From an uncultured bacterium (GTDB lineage Bacteria > Fidelibacterota > Marinisomatia > Marinisomatales > AB-629-J13): DNA of 64,000 nucleotides. Positions within the stretch are counted from its first letter, which is position 1; each line of letters begins with the position of its first letter. This document shows, piece by piece, positions 1 through 9,896 of the stretch. The DNA is taken from contig CAYSQB010000001.1 in NCBI GenBank assembly GCA_964433085.1, positions 16,845 through 80,844 on the forward strand. The letters run 5' to 3'. Both the position numbers and the translations under genes were made by a program. Below the pieces are notes generated by a model that was not told where the DNA came from, made no database searches, and saw only the letters and a list, made by a program, of their open reading frames with translations.

Positions 1-401
1 CAGTTCTGGCAAACGTTTTTTCTGATCAAGATATTGCCAGTGCAAACATAACACTCATTTTTGGAAAAGACGAGTTGTTGACACAATTAAAAAAAAAGTA
101 TTTTGGGAAAGACCATCTTACTGATGTGATTGCATTTCGCTTGAATGATAAATCTGAACAACAGATTGATGGAGAAATTTATATAAGTTTTCCCAGAGCA
201 AAAGAAAATGCCCTGAAATTTGATGAACCCTTTAAAAAAGAAATAACAAGACTGATGATTCATGGATCACTTCATCTGATTGGCTACACAGATGACACGT
301 CCAATACAATGAACGAAATGACAAAACTTGAAGACCAATATCTTGAAAACAAGATATGGAAAGATATTCTTCCAGCCGGGGAAAAAATGATAAATGGATA
401 A
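1..401 (+). CDS. ybeY: rRNA maturation endoribonuclease YbeY (5' end off window)
   Basis: The frame is open from nt 3 (VLANVFSDQDIASANITLIFGKDE precedes the ORF-track TTG at 75). It carries TDVIAF and an HGSLHLIGYTDD metal-site motif. It overlaps mazG by 8 nt. Confidence 0.85.
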   Translation, partial: VLANVFSDQDIASANITLIFGKDELLTQLKKKYFGKDHLTDVIAFRLNDKSEQQIDGEIYISFPRAKENALKFDEPFKKEITRLMIHGSLHLIGYTDDTSNTMNEMTKLEDQYLENKIWKDILPAGEKMING

Positions 402-1176
402 CAAAACAACAGAAAAGTCATTTACTAAATTATTAGATATTGTTCGTCAGCTAAGAGGTCCGGAGGGATGCCCTTGGGATAAAGAACAGACCCATGAATC
501 TCTTCTTCCATATTTTCTTGAAGAGGTATATGAAGTAATCGAAGGGGTGGAGTCAGGAGATATCAACTCATTAAAAGAGGAGTTAGGTGATATTCTGCTT
601 CATGTTATTTTTCAGGCAGATATCGCTCAAAATAATGGTGAGTTTACAATTAATGATTCTCTGAATCTTGTGAATGAAAAACTAGTTCGCCGACATCCAC
701 ATGTGTTTGGTGACGATAAAGCCGATGCACCCTTTCATGCCAAACAAAATTGGGAATCAGCTAAGCATAAAGAAAAAAAACGAGAGTCCCGCTTAGATGG
801 TGTTCCTGTATCTCTTCCTGCTTTAACTAGGGCACAGCGCTTACAGGAAAAGGCAAGCTATGCAGGATTTGACTGGGAAAAAACTGAACAGGTATGGGGG
901 AAAATTAATGAAGAGATTCAGGAATTAAAGGAAGCGCAATCTAATGGAATTAAAACACACGTAGAAGAAGAAATTGGTGATGTTATTTTTTCATTTGTAA
1001 ACTTAGCAAGATTTCTAAATATTTCAGCGGAATCTGCATTGAGGAAAACAAACAGAAAGTTTACAACACGGTTTAAGGAAGTAGAAGATGAATTAAAAAG
1101 CAGAGGAAAAACAGTTGAAGATTCTAACTTGGAGGAAATGGATAGTATTTGGAATGAAGTAAAAAAACAACATTAG
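394..1176 (+). CDS. mazG: MazG nucleoside triphosphate pyrophosphohydrolase (tandem MazG domains)
   Basis: LRGPEGCPWDKEQTHESL, EEVYEV...EELGDILLHV and a second EEIGDVIFSFVNLAR repeat; 260 aa. Confidence 0.9.
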   Translation: MDNKTTEKSFTKLLDIVRQLRGPEGCPWDKEQTHESLLPYFLEEVYEVIEGVESGDINSLKEELGDILLHVIFQADIAQNNGEFTINDSLNLVNEKLVRRHPHVFGDDKADAPFHAKQNWESAKHKEKKRESRLDGVPVSLPALTRAQRLQEKASYAGFDWEKTEQVWGKINEEIQELKEAQSNGIKTHVEEEIGDVIFSFVNLARFLNISAESALRKTNRKFTTRFKEVEDELKSRGKTVEDSNLEEMDSIWNEVKKQH

Positions 1177-1652
1177 TCTAAACAATTAAACCAAGGTCCC
1201 GCTTTTAGGTCACCATTAAAGATTTCTTTGTCCTTATTATCAGAAATCAGTTCCCCTGCCTGTTTTGCTTTTTTATACCATACTTTACTCTCACCTTTGT
1301 TTTTTAAAGCTGCATAGGACCTTGCTAAACTTTCATAGGCATAAGCAAGGTCAAAATCTTTCAATTCATATTTTTCTGCCAGCGCTAGAGTGTTTTCAGC
1401 GTGAAATAATGCAGTCTTTCCTTTTTCTAATATAGAAAACACTCTAGAAATCAGCCATTCTCCTCTTTGTTCATTAGCAGGTTGAAAATTTGTTGATTTT
1501 TTCCAATGGTACAGAGAAGATTTGGCAAACATAATCATTCGTAGATCATCCTGTTCTGATCGCTCTTTTTTCATCAACAAATCCCATGTTTGGATATTCA
1601 TTTCGATCCCCATATACTGATGCATTTTTTCGTCATCTGGACATTTGTTCAT
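1173..1652 (-). CDS. hypothetical helical protein
   Basis: Intact 159-aa ORF convergent with mazG (4-nt 3' overlap). I can name no motif. Confidence 0.5.
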   Translation of the reverse strand: MNKCPDDEKMHQYMGIEMNIQTWDLLMKKERSEQDDLRMIMFAKSSLYHWKKSTNFQPANEQRGEWLISRVFSILEKGKTALFHAENTLALAEKYELKDFDLAYAYESLARSYAALKNKGESKVWYKKAKQAGELISDNKDKEIFNGDLKAGPWFNCLD

Positions 1653-1717
1653 TTATTTCCCCTTTTTATGTAACATTGAAAAAATATGGGATCATTATAA
1701 TAATTTTCTGTTCCGTA

Positions 1718-2137
1718 TTATTCCCCATAAACCGTCGCCACCAAATTTCGGCTTCCCCCATGATTGCGGTGTTCACACAGATAAATACCCTGCCAAGTCC
1801 CTAAAGCTAATTTGCCATTTGATATTGGTATAGATAATGAGGTGTCTAAAAGGGATGTTTTTAGATGTGCGGGCATATCGTCAGATCCTTCAAATGTATG
1901 TTTGTAGTAAGGTTGATTTTCCGGAACTATTTGGTTAAAGTGGGATTCAAAGTCAGCCCTGACTGTTGGGTCTGCATCTTCGTTAATTGTGAGAGATGCA
2001 GAAGTGTGTTTGATAAACAGATGCAAAATTCCAATTTTAATATTTTTTATTCCCTCAGTGTTTTTCAAAACATCATCTGTTATGAGATGAAAACCTCTTG
2101 AATGAGAAGAAATTGAAAATGACTTTTGGATCCACAT
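1718..2137 (-). CDS. YjbQ/UPF0047 family protein (secondary thiamine-phosphate synthase-like)
   Basis: HTSASLTINEDADPTVRADFE, DDMPAHLKTSLL and GTWQGIYLCEHR signatures; 139 aa. Confidence 0.85.
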   Translation of the reverse strand: MWIQKSFSISSHSRGFHLITDDVLKNTEGIKNIKIGILHLFIKHTSASLTINEDADPTVRADFESHFNQIVPENQPYYKHTFEGSDDMPAHLKTSLLDTSLSIPISNGKLALGTWQGIYLCEHRNHGGSRNLVATVYGE

Positions 2138-2139
2138 GA

Positions 2140-2574
2140 TTAACCTAATAATTTTTCCATAATGATTCGAGTTTCCAATAGGCTTTCCATTGGTATCTTA
2201 TCTTTAATTAAAAACCCTCTTTTTAATAAAAACTTAATCATGGATTTGTGTTTTTTTCTTGTTTTTATCTGGATGTATGAATAACTATTATCTTTGGCCC
2301 ATGCCTCTTGATAATTAGCCAACTGGTGAGCAACTCCATTTCGTCTATATTTGGGAATAACCCCACCCATCCAACTATAAAAACTCCCATCTTTATAGCG
2401 ATCATAACCAACTTTAAAGCCGACAGGCATGTCATTCATGTTAGCAATGAGGGCAAGATGGTCTATGCCGCAACATCGTTTTTTATATTCATTTATTTCA
2501 TAAGGTGAATCAAGTTCAGGTATTATTTTGGATAGTTTTACACATTGCTCAAAACTCCCCTTTTTTATCTGCAC
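2140..2574 (-). CDS. GNAT family N-acetyltransferase
   Basis: Acetyl-CoA loop KYRRNGVAHQLA; 144 aa. It lies 2 nt from yjbQ-like and overlaps the upstream gene by 1 nt. Confidence 0.75.
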   Translation of the reverse strand: MQIKKGSFEQCVKLSKIIPELDSPYEINEYKKRCCGIDHLALIANMNDMPVGFKVGYDRYKDGSFYSWMGGVIPKYRRNGVAHQLANYQEAWAKDNSYSYIQIKTRKKHKSMIKFLLKRGFLIKDKIPMESLLETRIIMEKLLG

Positions 2575-3827
2575 TATGTTTTCCGTTCTTTTTTGCGTGC
2601 AGCGGGGAACAGAACATTGTTTAATATAAGACGATATCCCGGGGAATTACGGTGAAGTGAAAGATCCGTTGGGGGGTCTCCCACGAAATGGCGATAGTCC
2701 TCAGGATCATGACCTCCCAAAAAAGCGAACGCGCCTTTTCCGAAACTACCGTGAAGATATTTCACCTGGTCTGATGCAGGATCTTCTCCCATGAGGACGA
2801 TATGTTTTTTAATTTTACTTTTATGATATCCAGTTGTTTGTCCCATAAACCCTTTAATAGTAAATACATGATTTTGAGTTAACATGGTTGGAACAGGATC
2901 AAATTTAGCGGAGAACTCAAATAACGAGAAATAATCGGCTTCAGCACCTCTTGTTATGGGATTATTACTTGGAGGGAAATCAATATCTGAATATTCATAT
3001 ACCATGGGATCGGTGATAAGATTAAAATCGGTGAATGCAAGAGATTTGGAGAAGTCAAGACGGATTTGGGAATTTGGGTCTATGGGGGTTCCATCAAACA
3101 CACGGTGAACTGCGTCTATCCCTTCCTCTGCTAAAGCAATATCGTAAGAGTCCGTAGCAGAACACATTGCAAAGAGGAATCCTCCCTGTCCTACATAATT
3201 TTTAATGGTACGAGCTATAGCTTTTTTTTCTTCATGAACAGAGGGGAAACCTAGTTTCATTGCTAGAGCTTCAAACTCCTCCTTTTGTTTTATATACCAA
3301 AATGCGGTATTATAGCTACGATAAAATTTCCCATATTGTCCTGTAAAATCCTCATGATGAAGGTGGAGCCAGTCAATTTTTTCAAAACCACTAACCAACA
3401 CTTCTTCGTCCCAAATTGTTTTATAGGGGACTTCTGCGTAGGTCAATGCAAGCGTGACAGCATCATCCCATGGTTGTTTGTTGGGGGGAGAGTAAATAGC
3501 AACATTTGGTGCTTTTTCCAGTAGAACGACTTCCATATTGTTTTTTTCAATCTCACCATAAATTGATAGAACCGTATTCCCATCAATAGGCTCAAATGTG
3601 ACACCACGAATACGACACTCCTGTACGATAAAAGGGAATTGATCAATCAAAAAAGAGCCCCCTCTGAAATTAAGAAGCCACTCCACATTCACTCGTTCTG
3701 TGAGGACATGATAGGCCACCCCATAAGCTTTTAAATGATCTTTTTGGGTTAAATCCATAGGTATAAGGATTTTTTGTGAAAAAGTAAAAGTTATAAGAAA
3801 GGGAAAAATAAATTTTTTCATCTTCAA
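2574..3827 (-). CDS. conserved secreted protein, possible class-I glutamine-amidotransferase-like fold
   Basis: Signal peptide MKMKKFIFPFLITFTFS. DHLKAYGVAY...WLLNFRGGSF and a GGFLFAMCSATD nucleophile-elbow-like motif. From memory, relatives are annotated asparagine synthetase B-like in the Bacteroidota. The functional call is weak. Confidence 0.6.
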   Translation of the reverse strand: MKMKKFIFPFLITFTFSQKILIPMDLTQKDHLKAYGVAYHVLTERVNVEWLLNFRGGSFLIDQFPFIVQECRIRGVTFEPIDGNTVLSIYGEIEKNNMEVVLLEKAPNVAIYSPPNKQPWDDAVTLALTYAEVPYKTIWDEEVLVSGFEKIDWLHLHHEDFTGQYGKFYRSYNTAFWYIKQKEEFEALAMKLGFPSVHEEKKAIARTIKNYVGQGGFLFAMCSATDSYDIALAEEGIDAVHRVFDGTPIDPNSQIRLDFSKSLAFTDFNLITDPMVYEYSDIDFPPSNNPITRGAEADYFSLFEFSAKFDPVPTMLTQNHVFTIKGFMGQTTGYHKSKIKKHIVLMGEDPASDQVKYLHGSFGKGAFAFLGGHDPEDYRHFVGDPPTDLSLHRNSPGYRLILNNVLFPAARKKERKT

Positions 3828-5705
3828 TTAGCTTTTCGGGTGATCTTTCAATTTGCGGATATGTAACCGGACAGGTTCTATTAAATAGGATTCAGGACAT
3901 TCCTCAAGGACCTTATAATAAAAGTTTAAGGCCTCTTCTGGATTTCCCTTAAATTTCTCTTGAATTTCGCCTAAAAGGGTCCACCCCTTATCCACTAATC
4001 TTGTTTTTGTTAATTGCTCAGCAAGTATTTCTGCTTCAGGTAATTGATTTAGTTTTAACCTAATTAGGGCTTCTCGTAATATTGAAACATCTGATATTGA
4101 GGCACCCGGATAGTTTTCTTGTATAAACGCATAAGATGCTGCGGATTCAGATAGTTTTTTTTGACGAAGATAAAATTCCCCGAATATAAATAGTTCAAAA
4201 GCATGTTTATCGGTATCTGTTCCATCGTGAAAATGTTGTGAAATGAAATTTCTTAATTCTAATAAATCATTAAAATCAGGGGAAATAGGTTGGCTGTTTT
4301 CAATTGTCTGTTCAAGTAAACTGAATGCCGTATCAATTTTTCCTGAGAAGAGTTGGGTCAATATAAACCTATATTGAAACTTAGCACCTCTTTTTTTCAA
4401 TTTGCCAAAATAACGATGAGCTTCATCCAAATCGCCTTTTGACAAATACATTTCACCAATTCTCAGTTGGATATCTTGTCTCAGCTTTGATTTAGTAGCA
4501 GATTTTAGTGCAGCACGATAAGATTTAAGAGCCCCATCAAAATCATTTAACAGACTAAATTGAATTTCACCTAAACGGTGATAGGCAGAGGTGGAGAAAA
4601 ATGAAGATGGCATGGTTGTGAGAAGTGAATCATAAAGCTCAAATGCTGTATCCAAAGATCGAACCGAAATATTTTGTTTATGATAAAACGGATCTTCAAA
4701 AAACAAATTGTCTCCAAAAAATGATACAAATGAAAGACCTTGGCCTTCACTGGGAATAATATTATCCTCAAACGTTTTTCCCAATCCTAATAAAGCCTGA
4801 CCTACAGCTTTAGTAGAGTTTTGAACGTTGGTTTCCCCAAGGATGGTTTTATAGGCTGAAACAGCCATGTCATATTGGGACTCTATTCGCAGTCCATTCG
4901 CAAATTCTAGCCAGCGATTAATATCTTTTTCCGTTGAGAATTTTAATGCCTTGTGTTGAGAAAATGCCTTATCAAAATGTTGAGTTTTGAAATAAAAATC
5001 TGCCAACAAGGGTCTATAGAGCATATCATTTACTTTTATACTGCTGTTAAGAGCATTCACAATAATTTCATGAGCATCTCTATCATCGCTGATTAGCAGG
5101 ATTCGATCGGTGATCATTTTTATTTGTACTGGATGAGAAGATAAATAGTTTAGGTATTCAATCACGGCTATTTTAAAACTTTTACGTGAATAATGGTAAT
5201 TGGCAATTTCCATTGAAAGAATTGATGGGTCGTTGAATTTTTTTCTTGTCCTGAGTATAATAGATTGTACATCATCAGAAAGCCCAAGATTTGTAAAAAG
5301 ATAAAAGAATTTTTTGTATATATCAATATTAGTCCCAAAAACTTCTTCAGCAAGAGACCACTCTTTTCTTGCCAAAGTTTCTTCTTTTAATTTCCAGTAT
5401 GTCTCTCCAAGATCAAGATAGGGCTCTATTTTTTGTGGAAATCGTTTTTTATAAATTATAATTAAGGAAGCAAGCTCATTATATTGTTCCAATCGAGAAT
5501 AAATTTTCTTCAAATTTATATATGCCTTCTGGTTGTGATCTTTTTTCAAAATATCCGAATATATGGAGACAGCACTTTCTGTCTCTCCCCTTTTTTCCAT
5601 TAGCTGAGCGGTTCTTAGCGCTCCAGAATTACTTTGACTTAAAGAAAAGGATAACTGAAAAAGTAAAATGAAGAGTGTAGTGGGTTTAGTCATTTTTTGC
5701 ATCAT
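3828..5705 (-). CDS. secreted TPR-repeat protein (BatC-like role possible)
   Basis: Signal peptide followed by repeated A/Y/L helical pairs along 625 aa. It directly abuts the downstream gene and overlaps the upstream gene by 20 nt. Confidence 0.8.
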   Translation of the reverse strand: MMQKMTKPTTLFILLFQLSFSLSQSNSGALRTAQLMEKRGETESAVSIYSDILKKDHNQKAYINLKKIYSRLEQYNELASLIIIYKKRFPQKIEPYLDLGETYWKLKEETLARKEWSLAEEVFGTNIDIYKKFFYLFTNLGLSDDVQSIILRTRKKFNDPSILSMEIANYHYSRKSFKIAVIEYLNYLSSHPVQIKMITDRILLISDDRDAHEIIVNALNSSIKVNDMLYRPLLADFYFKTQHFDKAFSQHKALKFSTEKDINRWLEFANGLRIESQYDMAVSAYKTILGETNVQNSTKAVGQALLGLGKTFEDNIIPSEGQGLSFVSFFGDNLFFEDPFYHKQNISVRSLDTAFELYDSLLTTMPSSFFSTSAYHRLGEIQFSLLNDFDGALKSYRAALKSATKSKLRQDIQLRIGEMYLSKGDLDEAHRYFGKLKKRGAKFQYRFILTQLFSGKIDTAFSLLEQTIENSQPISPDFNDLLELRNFISQHFHDGTDTDKHAFELFIFGEFYLRQKKLSESAASYAFIQENYPGASISDVSILREALIRLKLNQLPEAEILAEQLTKTRLVDKGWTLLGEIQEKFKGNPEEALNFYYKVLEECPESYLIEPVRLHIRKLKDHPKS

Positions 5706-8700
5706 TTATAATAGGAGATTTGGGGATATCACCGGGAGGGGTTTCTAACAAAGATGATTGATTGAGGGCATTAAAATAACGGCGAATCATGGTTACATAT
5801 TCCTGTGTGTATCCAGCCTGCATAGCTTGGTTCAGGGCTTCTGAGGTGAGGCTATGTCTTTGCCCTAGGTTTTCAGGGAGACCGGATGGTCCTGTCAAAT
5901 TAATAATTTTGGAGGCGGTTTCTGCTAACCGTTCTTCCTTTTTTCCTCTCTGAGTTATGGATTTTTGACTGTCTAACATTCTAGAGAGAATGCGCTGCTG
6001 ACGATCTTGTGTTTTTCTGGTATAGCGCCTTTGTTTTAAGTCTTTGATAACTTCATCTATGTCCTGTCCTATTCCTCCCATATCTCCCATTTTTTTTGAT
6101 CCCGATTGTGCCATTTCCTTCATTAATTCTTGTAGGGATTTTTTCACACCCTGCTGCTGTGAAAGCATCTGTTGTAGCATGGACTGCTGCATCCCTGCAG
6201 CAAGCTGCCCCAAAGCCAGCTGCATCCCCTGGTTGTTTATTCCTTGTTGTTGCCCTGCCATTTGTTCCATTTGTTTTAAAAACTGTTCATAACCACTGGC
6301 AGATCCACCGGATTGCATTTGCTGGATGGATTGATGAATACTGAGAGCGGTTTCATTCAATCCTTCCATTGCTAAATCCTGCCTGTTTTTTGCAGATGTA
6401 GTATGTCGCTCAGCAAGTCGAGAAATAGATTCACTCATTTCAGCAAATGTTTTACCCATTTTTTTCCCCATTTCGGGGGTTACTGCAAATGTTTCCCGAG
6501 ATAGTTCCATCATTGCAGCCATTATTTGTGAAAGTTGATCCTTTAGGATTTGTTGTTGTCCTGCTAAGTCCTTCACCCGTTGCGAATTTCTGGGAGTATT
6601 AGATGTTTCTTGTCTTAGATGTTCCTGAGATTTTGATAACGAAAGAATATTGGACATTATTTCTTGAAATTTTTCAGCCATCTCTTTCGATGTTTCCTGT
6701 TGAAACTGCTGTTGTATATCCATAGCCATGCTGTGTAATTGAGACAGGCCTGATAGCGCAGATTTACTTGATTTTCGAGATGAATTTAGCTGTTGACTGT
6801 TGAGCTGTGATGCTGTGTTATCAATGTGTTTTTCTGTAGATGGTACCAATGTGGATTCTGCCATTTCCTTCATAGCTTCAGAGGTGGACTGGCTGAATTC
6901 ACTTGTTAGCTCAGCTGCTTCCTCCATGGCAGATTGGATATGATTAAATTCTTCCTGAATCCTCAACTCACTTTGTTCATGTTGTAAAAAAGTGGACGGG
7001 TCAGTATCCTTATCCATTTTCCATAAATTTTGATCAAGGTGATCCTGTTGTTCTGTTAATTGTTCAAGCCGCTTGGACACCTCATCAAGTTTTTGTTCTG
7101 CTTGTATTCGTTTCAAAATATCCAGAAACCGGTCTAGTTCTTGTTCAATTTGATTTATATTTTCCGCCATTTCATTAATAGCATTCATCATATCTTTTGG
7201 ATTCATTTGCTCCATAATATCTTCTATGTTCTCAATATTTGATAATAAATCCTCAGAAATAAGTTCATTCATCAATTGATTTAATTCACTGAATTTTTCC
7301 ATAAGCTCAGGAGAAAATAATTGATGTTTTTCTGCTGCCTCCTTTAAGGACTCCATTGCTTCCGCCATTTCCTGTAAAGATGCCATTTTTTCTTTAGTTT
7401 CTTCCAGTATGTTTTTAATATTCTGCTGTTGCTGCCAATCCATGTCTTTGGATTTTATCAAATCAAGTTTAACATCTTCTAATTGATTTTGAATGGTTTC
7501 CATATCGTCAAGATTTATACTCATATCTTCAATGAGTTGCTCTTCTTTTTTTTCAACACCGAGAAATAGATCTTCAAAGGAAGGAAGGCGGGCAACAAAA
7601 TTACCGGACAATGATTTTTTAGGTCCTGATACCTGGTCATTGTCGTAAAGTTCAAAATGATAATGGATTTCATCTTCAGGCATCAACATTAATTCAGATA
7701 AGTTCCAATCTAAGGTAACGGTTTGTTTGGGTTTGTTCGGAATAATTTCAGGGACCTTAAAAACGGAAATAATTGGATCCATCTCTATATAGGCGGGGCG
7801 GCGAATTTCATATGCAATCTGTAAAGTTGAAAACCCAAAATCATCTTCAATGTCAAGGTGCACAGGGATTATTTGGTTATCACCTAATTCGGAAATAGGG
7901 TGCGGTTCATACACGGAAATTTGAGGATATAAATCAGGAATGATTTCAATATAATAAGGGATTGGATCACGATTTGTTATTTCCCGATTATCATAAAGAT
8001 GAATAGTAAAAATACTGTTTTCCTCTAATAATAATTCCCCTTCACCTCTTTTCCCAGATATCTGAAGAGGATATTTGGTATCATTTATTTTTAATAAGGC
8101 CTGTGCTAATTTTCGGTTTGAAGTTAGGTGGACTATCATTTTCGTTCCTTTTAATCCCTGGACATTTGCCTGATTACCAGATTGTATTGTTGGGTCTAAT
8201 CCGGAATAATCAGGTGGAATTAAAGTCAACGTAAAACTTTTTATCGCTGGACGGTCCGTGACCATTATTCTGTATTCGGGTGAACGCACCTCCTTCCAGG
8301 CCTGCCAAAAATGATTTGCCTTAACAAAGGCTCCATATGTATAATCCTGATTGATATCTTTTAGTTTAAAAGCATAATTTCCATTTGTATCAATTTGAGT
8401 TTTCATCAACAACGTTTCAATTTTTTCTAAGTTTTGGTCCACTTGTTTGATGGGCATAATTTCTAGGAATACTGTGTCTGGTGGTAAATGCCTGGCAACT
8501 ATATTAATTTCAGCACTATCACCACCAAGAAGGTGTATGTCACCCGTTTCAGAATGGAGGTAAAAAGGTTTTGGGGCTTCAAATTTCTGGTGAGGGTGAA
8601 ACCATCTATATATAGAATCTCCAGCTGTATGTTTTAATCCTGTACCCCCAACAGCGATAAGCACAAGAAGAGATAATGTGAAGTATTTCCCCTTGGGATT

Positions 8701-9135
8701 AATCGTAAAGATTTCCCTATGGTCAATATGGGAAAGGGAGTCTACTATCTTGGTAATAAAAGCATGACTTAGTCCAGTTGATGAACTTTTTGACATTGTG
8801 TTCTCCAATTGGAGCGCATTAATGACGGAGTCTTTTTTAGTATAGGAAATTTTGCCTAAATATTGTGCAACACGAGACCATCGATACCTTTTTAAAGAAT
8901 TTGTCTGAATTAACATAGTACATATTCCCAATCCGATAATCCAAAAAAGGAAGATAGACAAGAGCGAACCAACCATAAAATATTTTATTTTAGGGGGGAA
9001 ATAAAAAACGCTTTCCAAAACTATCACAGAAATTAAAACAATTAATAGCACAGCATAGGACATCCACAGGGATTGTATGAGATCTTTTTTAATCATTGCG
9101 TGGCGAAAGCGTTTAAGGTGGTCTTTAAAAAGCAT
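5686..9135 (-). CDS. large membrane-anchored coiled-coil envelope protein (DUF4175-like)
   Basis: Two N-terminal TM helices, a beta-rich middle region, and an approximately 600-aa E/Q/M-rich coiled coil; 1149 aa. The architecture and the DUF4159 neighbour match my memory of DUF4175 proteins. Confidence 0.7.
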   Translation of the reverse strand: MLFKDHLKRFRHAMIKKDLIQSLWMSYAVLLIVLISVIVLESVFYFPPKIKYFMVGSLLSIFLFWIIGLGICTMLIQTNSLKRYRWSRVAQYLGKISYTKKDSVINALQLENTMSKSSSTGLSHAFITKIVDSLSHIDHREIFTINPKGKYFTLSLLVLIAVGGTGLKHTAGDSIYRWFHPHQKFEAPKPFYLHSETGDIHLLGGDSAEINIVARHLPPDTVFLEIMPIKQVDQNLEKIETLLMKTQIDTNGNYAFKLKDINQDYTYGAFVKANHFWQAWKEVRSPEYRIMVTDRPAIKSFTLTLIPPDYSGLDPTIQSGNQANVQGLKGTKMIVHLTSNRKLAQALLKINDTKYPLQISGKRGEGELLLEENSIFTIHLYDNREITNRDPIPYYIEIIPDLYPQISVYEPHPISELGDNQIIPVHLDIEDDFGFSTLQIAYEIRRPAYIEMDPIISVFKVPEIIPNKPKQTVTLDWNLSELMLMPEDEIHYHFELYDNDQVSGPKKSLSGNFVARLPSFEDLFLGVEKKEEQLIEDMSINLDDMETIQNQLEDVKLDLIKSKDMDWQQQQNIKNILEETKEKMASLQEMAEAMESLKEAAEKHQLFSPELMEKFSELNQLMNELISEDLLSNIENIEDIMEQMNPKDMMNAINEMAENINQIEQELDRFLDILKRIQAEQKLDEVSKRLEQLTEQQDHLDQNLWKMDKDTDPSTFLQHEQSELRIQEEFNHIQSAMEEAAELTSEFSQSTSEAMKEMAESTLVPSTEKHIDNTASQLNSQQLNSSRKSSKSALSGLSQLHSMAMDIQQQFQQETSKEMAEKFQEIMSNILSLSKSQEHLRQETSNTPRNSQRVKDLAGQQQILKDQLSQIMAAMMELSRETFAVTPEMGKKMGKTFAEMSESISRLAERHTTSAKNRQDLAMEGLNETALSIHQSIQQMQSGGSASGYEQFLKQMEQMAGQQQGINNQGMQLALGQLAAGMQQSMLQQMLSQQQGVKKSLQELMKEMAQSGSKKMGDMGGIGQDIDEVIKDLKQRRYTRKTQDRQQRILSRMLDSQKSITQRGKKEERLAETASKIINLTGPSGLPENLGQRHSLTSEALNQAMQAGYTQEYVTMIRRYFNALNQSSLLETPPGDIPKSPIINDAKND

Positions 9136-9137
9136 GG

Positions 9138-9800
9138 TTATTGTGTCATCGAGTAATAGATAATGTTTACACCCATCTGCAGCGCATTTAGTCGCATTTC
9201 TTCTGGGTCATTATGGACCTCTGGATCTTCCCAACCATCCCCTAAATCACATTCAAAAGTATAAAGAACCATTAATCGATTCTCATCAAACAAACCCAAG
9301 GCCTGTGGGGGGTTCCCATCGTGCTCATGTATTTTGGGCAACCCACTTGGGAAGTCATAGAAAACATGAAACACAGGATGGTCATAGGGCAATTCGACTA
9401 AATCTTTGTTTGGGAATATCCGTTTCATTTCTTCCCTGAATGAAACATCCATTCCATAGTTGTCATCAGCGTGAAGAAAGGCACCACGAAGAAGGGTTTC
9501 CCTCAATTTTGTAATTTCTTCTTCTGAAAACCTCACGTTTCCGTGTCCAGTCAAATAAAGATAGGGATAGTTGAAAAAATTTTGGTCAGCAGGACGAATC
9601 CGCACCTCTTCATCCTCAACAGAAATGTGTGTGTTTTCACTTACGAATTTTAACAGATTTGGGAGACTGCTTGGGTCACTGTACCAATCCCCTCCTCCAC
9701 TGTAATGAATGCGAGCGATGGTAAAATTTTGTCCAAATACCGGAATGGAGAATGAAATTATAAATAATATTTTGAATAAAGTAAGAGCTCTCTTTTTCAT
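9138..9800 (-). CDS. DUF4159 domain protein (GATase1-like, Bat-operon associated)
   Basis: Signal peptide. IHYSGGGDWYSDPSSLPNLL, YPYLYLTGHG and FLHADDNYG motifs. Confidence 0.75.
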   Translation of the reverse strand: MKKRALTLFKILFIISFSIPVFGQNFTIARIHYSGGGDWYSDPSSLPNLLKFVSENTHISVEDEEVRIRPADQNFFNYPYLYLTGHGNVRFSEEEITKLRETLLRGAFLHADDNYGMDVSFREEMKRIFPNKDLVELPYDHPVFHVFYDFPSGLPKIHEHDGNPPQALGLFDENRLMVLYTFECDLGDGWEDPEVHNDPEEMRLNALQMGVNIIYYSMTQ

Positions 9801-9896
9801 TGTTAAATTTTATGGCTTTTATAGACAAAGGTTCCAAATTAAACTGAAAGTAAAAAATAATGATACCATAGGAACATCTAATAATCAATCGTGATA

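Noticed and set aside
270-310. The YbeY metal site reads HGSLHLIGYTDD, with Asp where many YbeY proteins have the third His. I considered calling it inactive.
   Set aside because: From memory, FCB-group YbeY proteins commonly deviate at this position, and Asp can ligate zinc. I have no basis to call loss of function without an alignment.
6044-6344. Two overlapping 82-aa Cys-rich plus-strand ORFs (6044-6292 and 6096-6344).
   Set aside because: They lie antisense to the Q/M-rich (CAG/CAA/ATG-rich) part of the 1149-aa gene. The Cys/Pro/Ser-rich composition is the expected mirror artefact. They have no SD and no plausible independent context.
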